A stretch of 62,498 bases of DNA, the filler included, from Choristocarpus tenellus KU-1152 (Eukaryota; Protista; Phaeophyceae), in NCBI GenBank assembly GCA_964200185.2. It is 13 parts of 13 records of this genome, joined end to end, with 100 filler letters (N's around TTAATTAATTAA, not from the genome) between each part and the next. Parts side by side here need not be neighbours in the genome. Positions count along the whole stretch, not along the records: positions 49,937 to 54,265 come from CAXNAD020015095.1; positions 54,366 to 59,263 come from CAXNAD020012616.1; positions 59,364 to 62,498 come from CAXNAD020022077.1; 10 more parts are not named here. The stretch is one strand, 5' to 3'. Position numbers and translations under genes: made by a program. Numbering within the stretch: position 1 is the stretch's first letter; the number at the start of each line of letters is the position of its first letter. Below, in pieces: positions 52,586-62,498 of the stretch. Under the pieces are notes generated by a model. The model made no database searches. It saw only the letters and a list, made by a program, of their open reading frames with translations, and was not told where the DNA came from.

Positions 52586-54102
52586 GGTGGATTTGGGTGA
52601 ATAGAGTTAGAAGTTGAAGCTGGAATGCAACTTTTATCTCAAGGCCTTTTTGGTTGCGGGTGTGTGTGTCTTGTGTATTGTGCCATGTTGGCCTTTACTA
52701 TATCCTCACGACAACCCCACTCATCTACAATACCTTCTACATTCATTAGAGTTGCCACTTCAATAGCAGGGCCCTTCTATGATAGTTGATTTTTCTCACA
52801 TCTACAACAGAGAGTTGTCTGTTGAGCAGACAAATTGCTTTGACCCGCTGTAGCTGAGGTTACACAGTTTTTTGTGACCAACAATTGCGCTGGTCTATGT
52901 TGCACTAGGAATCCTTCAGATGGTCGTGAACCATTTGGTCATGCAGTAAACAGCACAGACAAGGATACGGACCTTGCTTTGGGGATGAGGCCTCTAAAAG
53001 CAGTGTCCCTATCACAAGGAAGGGGCAATGTTACCACTTCTCGCAAGGGCAATCAAGAATAGGCAGATCACTGTTAAACATAGAGGTTATGATGATTTAG
53101 TTTCCGATTTTGATTCTTACCCTTTGCCTGTTCAGATCATCTATGTGTTTTCCATTCTATGCGTGCTTTGAATTTGAATTGCATAATGTACTATACTAGG
53201 AAGGTATCGAGTGCAGCTGAGGTAGAAGGGAGAATGGTGGTGATCTGCTGAACAACCAAACAGGTCAGAAATCGTGTTGGGATATCTGTTCATTCCACAG
53301 TAGTCATCCCTATTGGTGCTTTCTATGCTTAAATGGCGTCATAGTTGACTCTGTGGAAAGTATTGGCACCTGCGAGTAAATCCTCTTTGAGTTATTTTGA
53401 TCAACGTTTCATCCATTATAAGCTCATACTGACCGCTTGAGGCAACACGGAATATCAGGAGTGAAGGAACTGTCCCAAAGAGCAGACATTCTTGTTCCAG
53501 ATTGACGGTTTTTGCTGTACACACCTATCAATCCCACACAACGAAGAATTGATGGTGTTGATTGAGAAAGTGCAAATCCCCAACTAGTACATCCCCTTCG
53601 GCTACTGGATTGAGGCACATACACAAGTAACTGCTATTTTGGTCAAAACATCCAATGACAATTGGTGCACCTTGATTCGACAAATAATCCGTGAGAAACC
53701 CAAGAAATGAGATGATCCAGAATGAAGGAACATGCAAGAGAAATGATGAGTTGAAAATTCAATAGTATGTGTATGTTTCACTTTGATCTTGAATAAACTG
53801 GGTCTTCCATGTTTTTTACTACAGTATCAAGAGTATTTGTAGTGAAGGATTGTTCCTACTGACATCTATTTATGACACCTTTGTTTCATAGCAGCGACGA
53901 TCGTCCTTTTCATTTACTATTTATAGTAATTTATGTCTAAAAAAGCAGCCTCAAAAAGGCTAAATGTAAATCCGCAATATATCTCCTTTTTGCATTCACT
54001 TTCCTGTTTATTTATAAAAAACATAATATGGGTAATATTATTGATAAAAAGCAACTATTGTGGAAAGCATGTTTATCTGTTATTATACTGCTACACCGTA
54101 GT

Positions 54103-54265
54103 ACTGAGTGAGGTTCCCAGTCAACAGTCCATGATTTCACTGACGGACTTTTTCCGTTAGAATGGAACCATGGAAGTTCTTCGTGTGACCAATCCCATAC
54201 ACTGAGTGAGGTTCCCAGTCAAGAGTCCATGATTTCACTGACGGACTTTTTCTGTTAGAATGAAA
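54103..54265. repeat. 98-bp tandem repeat (1.7 copies, cut by contig end)
   Basis: ACTGAGTGAGGTTCCCAGTCAA.AGTCCATGATTTCACTGACGGACTTTTT starts at both 54103 and 54201. Confidence 0.85.
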
Positions 54266-54371
54266 NNNNNNNNNNNNNNNNNNNNNNNNNNNNNNNNNNN
54301 NNNNNNNNNTTAATTAATTAANNNNNNNNNNNNNNNNNNNNNNNNNNNNNNNNNNNNNNNNNNNNGTATCG

Positions 54372-54570
54372 AAGTATCTTAGGGGGGGGGGATGGTTTGT
54401 GATGGGGGGTCCGTTTCGGTCCGGACGAAGTACTCAAAAATCATGGGAATTGCTGTCTTCAGTCGCGGAGAGAGATGGACTGAAGACAGCAATTCCCATG
54501 ATTTTTGAATATTTCGTCGTCCGAATCGAAACGGACGCCCCCTCACAAACCACCATCCCCTACGTTACTT
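54372..54570. mobile_element. Foldback/palindromic element (~200 bp hairpin)
   Basis: Arms 54372-54464 and 54478-54570 are reverse complements, with a perfect 31-bp core (54434-54464 vs 54478-54508) and a 13-nt loop. The outer end AAGTATCTTAGGGGG resembles the MITE TIR. Confidence 0.8.
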
Positions 54571-57500
54571 GGACCTGGTCACCGTCCTTGTATGAAGTAT
54601 TTTGGCCTAAAATGCATTGAGGATGTACGCTTGGCGCTTGAGTGGGTGTAGGCTATGTTGTTATGGCTCAGGGAAGTTGTCCTTTGGGTTCAAAGCCTGG
54701 AGTCTGCCTGGTTGCCGCCGCTTGGTTAGGGTGTGTGTTATGGAAAATTTCGACTTGTGCTGAAGATGGTGGAGTGGAGTACGACTTGTTTGTGCGTGGA
54801 CGTCCCCCTGGTAAGGTTCCTGCCTATTGCTCTGTGGTCCTATCAGAGCAAAAAAGAAAAGGATTGGGTTGGCATTGCATTAAAAGTATTAGAGAATGGT
54901 GGCAGAACGATCTAATGGAGACGAAATTTAGGTTGCCATATCGGGCCAATAAATACATGTGTAGGAGGACACGTAAAAACAAACTGTTTGGGAGAAGAAT
55001 AAATTCAATATATATATATATATATATTACATGCATAAGTCCGTTATTTTATATGGAACGTATGATCCATGTCCATCATAACATGTCCGTGTGGATGTTT
55101 GAGTAGCGGATGGAACGTCACTAGTGGAGTCTGTTTATGACTGCAATACATATATACTTAGAGTACGTAGTGAAACAGTTTGGGTATGTGTGTACGTTGG
55201 TGTATGTATCTTTAGTGGTCTCATTATGTTGGATAACCATTACAGCTCGTGGCTATAACACATTCGCTACATCAAACGGGATGTGGTTTGGAAGACAAGC
55301 TTACAAGAGGAAGGCCACTAAATGAGCACCACTTTCGAGTGCGGTCTCCACTTCTCTAGACCCGCATCCTTTGCCTTTGTCGCAGAATTTGCATGTTCAT
55401 GCGCAAGCGCGTTGTCCATCGTCGCCAAAGCTCATTCTTTCATGTACTTTCTTCCAGTTCTCTCTTAGGCACTGAACCTGGAGGTCGGTGGCCATATGGT
55501 GGATGCAAACGCATGATCTGTGTTGCACAGCAGAGTGGAGGGAGGAATGCGGTTGGTGGGTTACCCTCGCTTGTGTGTGGACACTCATGATGCATAACGT
55601 CACTGGCTATCCTGTGGTGGTTAGAAAAACGTAGAGTTGCCCGGTCGCCACTGTAGCTTGTATCCAAAAAAAACGAGAGGCTCTATTTTGCACATACCTT
55701 GGCGTGGCCTTTGAAATGTAGAACGGTCTCCACTTCACGAATGTTGACAGACAAGGTATTGATCCTGGGATCCCCTCCTGTTCGAATCTCTCCTTGAAGT
55801 TGGCATAGACATCCTCATCTGTGCCAATATGTGACCTTGTTTTGACGTCGGTTGCACCATGGGTATATGTGGTATAATGTCACAGTTTTGTTGGAGGGTG
55901 AAAATGTTGCAAGGTGATTAATCCATGAAGTGTTGAGGGTGGATGCACGCACAATATTTGTGAGGATGACACTCGCTAGTATTGAGTACCTCTGAGCGTG
56001 CTGTTGGCACAGTGCATCCAGATGGCAAACTCTATTGTTTGTATGTGGGTCTAAGTAGTGCATTCCCTGGGCGGCATCATGAGGTGTGACCGGATCGTGG
56101 GACATGGCGGGGCTGTCGCTCTCCCACACGGTGATACCCAGAACATGTGTATCAGGATGCAAGACAAGGAACTGTCGTGAGGAGGTGTCCCTTCTCACGT
56201 CGAACACCCTTGGTCTGCCGTTTTGTACGAGGAACGATGGGAGATATGGGGCGTGTGTCGGTTGTGCACCAGAATATGAGGGATCATCCGGGCATCCTTG
56301 TTAGTGATGAAACTGTTTTTATTCTACATATACAGTGAATGTGTTCGCCCGGGGGGGGGAAGTTTTGTGTGTCACACTGTTGGTGGTTGTGGGAAACGAA
56401 CTTCCATACCTGTGGGCGGTGCCTGGAGTATAGTTGTGAGCGATGTTTATGCTTGAACTGGGAGAGAAGCCCCCAACGTCATCTGCAGCCGATTCGGATG
56501 GGCTCGCCTGTTACCGCACGTCTCGCAAGAATTCCGTGCGTTTTTCGGCGGATGATCTTAGTGTGTCGATGCTGATGTCGTACGTTTTTGCTGTGACAGA
56601 CAAAAGTGGTTGAAACGTGGATGTCACCCCGTCGTCGCCTATTTCGACAACAGGAGCGATGCTGACGAGGACGGATTTGTACACCTGGCGCGTATGGTCT
56701 GTGCTAAGATCATTCTTTTTGGATTAGAGGAATGTGTAAACCTGGAGATCAGGTGTTGACTTGCGTTGTTCCCGACCCAACACAACTCGCAGTGCACTTG
56801 CCAACGGTGCAAATCTGCTCTTCTCATCCAACAACCAAGAGGCAGGTCGTTCCAAGTGCGACCGCTTCCTTCCATCTCTTCTGAGCCATCGTGGTTGACA
56901 AACATGGAGAGGAAGAGGTCCAGTATCTGGTCCGTTTTGGATTTCTTCCACGAACGGGTGGCACTGGTCTTGCGCAGTCTCTTTAGTCCCCGTCTCCTGA
57001 GTGGGATCGAAAGGAGGTCACGATGTAAGTTGGGTGGGTTTGTTTCCTTTGACACTAGTGATCGATCCTCATCAAGCGAACCTCAGTAATATTGCATCAT
57101 TCTACGGGGAAAGGTGCTCGCGCAAAAGGTTTGGTCGCTCTAGGTGCTCAACGGAAAAGGGCCGTGGTGAATGACACCCCACTTTGAAAGCATAGAGAAG
57201 GGCATGTTTGACGCATCAACTACCGAAACTGCCCCGATTATATTCTCTTGAAAATGTGTGCGTCGCATATGCAGTCAATCGCGAGCCACATGCAAAAGGT
57301 TACCAAAAAAAGGATGAAGCATGTGTAGAAAGAGGTGACTGGGGGTAGTTTGTCCAACGGTACAAAGTGTGTTTTGGTACGAATTTCTGTTGGAAAACAC
57401 TTGACAGGTGCATGGTGGGTGTCACCCCTGACATCGTTAGCTCACGTATGTATCACAATTGACATGTTCTGACAAACGGTAAACTAATGTGTACTATGGA

Positions 57501-59052
57501 TGTTTTGGAATCAATATTGAACGTTACATGTGATGTAGGTCCACACATAGCCCCACGTGCATACCATCGTATGCGCACCTTGCTCTATGGGGGGGACGAG
57601 ATAGCAAGTGAGTTTTGTGATGAGTCCAGGACGATGGTTTGGGGGGGGGTGGCTCGAAACGTTTGGTATGTCGACCGCAGCAACTTTCGCCACACTCTGT
57701 TGTGGAACAACGTTCGGCGAAAATGACATGATTTGTGTCACTTGAAGTAGGTTTGTATGTGAACAGCCGCAATATTTGCAGTGCTTTGACCAATGGTAAA
57801 GTATGACAAAGTGTGACATGAGGCGAGCAGATGAAGGAAGGGGGAAACATGAATCGGTATCATTTCATCAACATGTAAGGGTGAGAGAGAGTGTCAAGGT
57901 TGGGGCATAGGGTTAGGGTCGGGACAGGTGCTATGATTGGGATCGGAAACGGAAACCGTAAGGAACATCGTTTGGCTCCGATAGGTATCGGAACGCGGAT
58001 ATCGGAGCACTCGAGCTTCGTGGATGGTTTCGTTCTGCTCTTTATGGGAGGAGGTGTAAGTCACCGGCTCGGAATTACGGCGGAAGTAGTGAATACCATT
58101 TCTCTCGGATTTCGATGCAAATCTGTAATTTCGGAAGGGTATGGTGACAATATGCTTCGCTAAGCCTATTATTCAATCGCTAATCCCTCATTGAGGCAAT
58201 TACAGAACGCACAGGCCACATTTGAGTGTGTCTCGCTGCGACCAGACGTGGTCTTGCCTTTGGGATGTCCTGTTGTCTACCCCTCCGAAGTCCATGAATT
58301 CAGTCCCGTTGTTAGAGAGATCCCCTAGTGACTGGCGGGTCGTCATCGTACATCTGCGGTGCGACGGATGTGATTACCTTGAACAACCGCAACGACGAAT
58401 TCCTCAATATTGTCCAGACCCGTTGCTTTGTTGTCGAGAGAGTGAGGGAGTGTGGGGTCTCTGGCATACGTAGTTTGGCGAAAGTTTTTCTTTGTTATGC
58501 AATATAATATAACACTAGGCGAAGTGTAAATATACGTTTTTGTTCCAATGTAAGACTAAAGAACCGCGAATCTATGCAAAAGAAGATGCCAACTCTAAGT
58601 TTTCACCCTTTTGCACTAGTGAAGAATTAGCGCGTAAAGAGTTACATATATAAATATACATTTATTAAATATCCGTTTTTAATCCTAGAAGAAGGAACAC
58701 CCGAAGTGACCTGTTCGTAAAAGCAAAATAAATGCTATTATATAACAGGGGTAGAACATTCAATAAAGGCGGTTCTTGTTGTACAGACAATGGTTCGGTT
58801 GTTACACTACCGAAAAAAGAATAGATAACAGGACCGTACCCTCTTGGTCAGGAGAGGGTATGTGTGTATCCCTTGCATGGGAACCGTGCTCGTGTGTGGC
58901 TATCCCTGTGCGCCGAACGTTATGCTGAATACCGGGCGTATCGGAAGGTAAAAAAAGACAGGACTGCCACCTCGTGCAATGTGATCGTTTGCGTACGGCT
59001 GGAGGATGATGTGAACCGACCGCCTAATGCCATCCTCTCTGAGCCTGACCCG

Positions 59053-59195
59053 ATGCGCAAAATATTTCCTCTCTCTTTCTGTTTGTTCCTCCTGTCCCGT
59101 TTCGAACGTGCCCACTCAATGCAGAAATCCCGCGATCAACTCCGAGGCGAAGTACAACCACCTGACGCCGCAATACCTCCAAAGGGAACCAAAAG
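59053..59195 (+). CDS. Possible first exon of a secreted or ER-targeted protein
   Basis: MRKIFPLSFCLFLLSRFERAHS resembles a signal peptide; the exon ends at strong donor AAG|GTGAGC. Confidence 0.35.
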
Positions 59196-61449
59196 GTGAG
59201 CCCCCATACAAGAAACGTTCACCCTTCCTGCGGCCTACACAGGAGCGTCTCTGGACGACCAACNNNNNNNNNNNNNNNNNNNNNNNNNNNNNNNNNNNNN
59301 NNNNNNNTTAATTAATTAANNNNNNNNNNNNNNNNNNNNNNNNNNNNNNNNNNNNNNNNNNNNCTCCCCCCCGCAGATACTTTGGGTCAATCTCCTTGCA
59401 TTTCCTCCTTGGGAACTTGAGGGGAGGGCCTAGAATTTGTATTATTATTTTTTTTTGTTTCCTTTCATTCACATTTGCAACAAGCCTTAACGTGAAATGT
59501 CTTATCCTTCACAAAGGGTACTGATGAGTACATGCTATCAAATATCTAGCTCGGGACTGCTCTGAGTGCATTGACCTCGGAGAATTATCTTTGATGTCAC
59601 GGTTTGTTCCAGTCTTGTGTTTTGCCCCTTCACCTTGTTTCAAATTCTTTTTCTCTTTTCTTGCATGAGGTGAACAACAATCAACATACTACATGGGGAT
59701 TGTCGTTAGTGTCTGTGCGCAGCATGTATGATTTGTCCTGGAACCATCTAAACCCATACGCATACTACAAGGAAACATAATATGTGCTTCAAAGCGCCAA
59801 GCGCAAATAGTTTGAGATGTAAGTTAGTAAGTTAATGCAGACGCACACCCATTCTTCTTTCTTTTTTTTTATTTTACAGATGCATATCTACCCGTAAATT
59901 GCGCATTTTCAAAATATCGATAAAAATTCCACAAAGCACTCCTTACGCCACCCCTATCCGGGTCACAACCTCAGTTGGAGGAGGACGACAAAACATGGGA
60001 TTTCGACAGCCTTTTGCAGGCGGTGAAGCAAGAGTTCAATGCTGAAATGGGCAGTAGTAGGTTACATGAATGTTCAGAGGAGATGGCCACTGCTGGCCAC
60101 TTACAAGGCACTGTTGAATCGTAGGCTAAACAAGTCTTGACAGCAGATGGGTGTTATCAGTCGTCTGTGAGGCACAGCAAACGTGGACCCTACTTTAACT
60201 GCAACCCAGAAGGCGGTGCTGTTCTTAGCAAGCAAATGCTTCACGCAATGACAACGCAAGAACTATGAAGCCTGTGTGCTGTGCGCCCATCCACTTTTGT
60301 GTTTGTAATATCTGAAGCTATCTGTGGGATAGTGGACACCTTTGCTTCAGAACATCGAACGGGTAGTGGCAGATGGGTGAACCTTTGCTTGGGGGTACAT
60401 ACATACACCCTATATGGCACTGAGCATGCAAAAACGTGTACATTTGATTGGTAGAGCAGGTAATAGTAAAGCACTGGAGTAGTACAAGCATCCAACGCGT
60501 AAGACAACTTCTGGCTATCCTTCAGTATCTAGTGTGATTCTCTTGAACAACGGCAAGGATTTTCTTCAAGAGTGCTTCGAAGTAGTCAGTTCAAGATACG
60601 CACACATTTTTTTTTTTTGTTACACAACCCTCTGCATGTATGTTAATATACATCAACATGCACACATGGGAATAAAATACACACAAAACAGGAACCCCAC
60701 ACAAGTCCGGTAGATACAAGGTTACGCTTAAAACAATGTATCGCTCCAACACCTGATGATTTGCTTTCACATGCCAACCAAGGAACTCACCACCACCTAT
60801 CAGTGATCATACCTCATTCAAAAGATAACTGATGATTTGCTGTAGCATGGAGTATGTTCGGTATGATGATAAATCAACGCCTCTTCAAGACAGAGAGGAA
60901 AAGGTAGAGAGATCCATCATTGCAGCTGCTGTGGGATAAGTATGAGGTTCACCGGTCATCTACAGAGAAAGAACACAAGATGAGACCTAAGTTGGAAGTC
61001 CCTTCAAAATTGACACCCAGAGGTAAGCATGTCCCACAGCGAGACTCTTCAACCTACATAATGCATTACGCCAGGGTAGGGTTTACCAAAGCAGCATGAA
61101 CAAGTTTCACACTTAAAAAAAAAAAAATTAGACCAGTGTATACACAGTATCACAATTTCACAACATTAGATGTACTTTCTCCTTTTTACCAGGTTCTTAC
61201 ATACTCTTCATCAAGAATTTTGACACCCACTGCAATGCTGCCCGACTACCCAATCACAGATCTCCCCTCCATAAAAAAGGTGTTCTGCTCTGGAACACTA
61301 CACTGAAGTAACGAGGAACAAAAAAAATAATAAAACGCGACGCGCACTCTTCTCGTAAAATTCCTGTACGAAACAGATAATAACTTGCAATAAGAAAAAT
61401 AAAGTAATTTACTGTTACTTCGCTATGTAGGTGGGGCATTATAATCACA

Positions 61450-62300
61450 GAATATTAACCTCGATTGGATCATTGATGACTTCCCAACTGTCTTACGCTG
61501 AGAAGCCTTGACTCACCTGGAAGTAACAGCCAAACCTACTCTCTCTCTCGCTAAGTTTGAAGCTCTTCAAACTGAGGCAAATTTAACAATCGGATTATAC
61601 TCCAAATCGAATTCTCCTGGACTGACTGACTTATCTCACATCAGGTGACTCCCTACTATTGCAGCACATACCTACCTTACGATCAACCCCTCGTCCGAAA
61701 GAACAAAGCGATACTGTTGGCATGTTGAAGAACAAGACAAGATTCATGGTCACTCCCATTCTATACTGAACCCACAATACGATGCACTATTAAGCTAAAA
61801 TTTTTATCCCCCCATTCATTCCTGCCACAACGAACCACTCATCAACACTCCCAAGGATCGAATCTACCCACCAACAACAAGCCAGCACTTCCCCTAACCC
61901 AGCTACTGGGTCGGCGGCATATCACTCATTGAGGCTCTGGAGCAACGAACATGTGCAAAAAGAGACTTAATGCAAAAGAACGACAGAAGTGCTGTTAGAA
62001 GCATCGTATATACTACTATACTTCAAATTTTCTACAATCCACAGCGATCCTCACACCGGGTGCTACGTGGCGTATCTATCGCCACTGACTGCTACAAGGT
62101 ATCCAAAATTAAAGCACCTCTACAACAACATTGTACTGATTACCTATGAACAAGTTCTGGGCTAGAGGCCAAGGAGCGAACCCAGGAAGACTCGACTGTT
62201 CCACATGGCGTGTATGATGATTGTAGTCACCAAGTTGCCCGAGAACATGTACAGCAATGACCACACCAGGCCTAGAATGCTCAATGGTAGCATGGCCTAC
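61450..62300 (+). mobile_element. Possible decayed non-LTR retrotransposon ORF2 remnant
   Basis: Broken frames such as LTHLEVTAKPTLSLAKFEALQTEANLTIG resemble a LINE post-RT segment; the strand is A/C-rich. Weak evidence. Confidence 0.25.
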
Positions 62301-62498
62301 ATATAGGGGAAGATTGGGAGTGGAGGGAGGTCAGGATTGTGCGGACCGGGTTAAGAATACTTTAAGAATATCAAGAATACTTTAAAAAAAGAAAGAAAGA
62401 GCTGTAAGTAAGTTATCATTCGTTTCAAGTTACGGTGAAGGGTTAGGGTTAGCATCAGAACAGACCTAACGTGGCCAAATGCAAGTTCTTGAACCCCC

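Noticed and set aside
54103-54265. Repeat-spacer-repeat pattern resembling CRISPR
   Set aside because: It is a truncated 98-bp tandem duplication in eukaryotic DNA with no cas genes.

Overview
Eukaryotic, repeat-rich DNA with GT-AG introns. The TE and intron style suggests a stramenopile, probably a brown alga (inference only). The window is not contiguous: it is 13 short contigs joined by an artificial 100-nt spacer (44 N + TTAATTAATTAA + 44 N), so adjacency across spacers means nothing. Recognisable host genes: a 4-exon cyclophilin (50191-52585, +), the last exon of a GT41 O-GlcNAc/SPINDLY-type glycosyltransferase (16639-17210, +), the first three exons of a membrane-anchored CRAL-TRIO/Sec14-like protein (19088-21056, +), and several low-complexity orphan exons. 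Most other identifiable DNA is decayed TE. It includes at least three Ty1/Copia lineages; one has ~350-370 bp TGTGCAA...TTGCACA LTRs seen four times, including a solo LTR with TSD nested in another Copia. There is also a Ty3/Gypsy gag-protease fragment, LINE scraps, and an abundant ~183-bp MITE family with GNNY-CAAAGTATCT-polyG termini and apparent 3-bp TSDs, plus a related foldback hairpin. I found no prokaryotic defence system, CRISPR array or RNA gene. The best novelty candidates are the unclassified MITE/foldback family with a possible decayed autonomous partner, and a microhomology-rearranged Copia.
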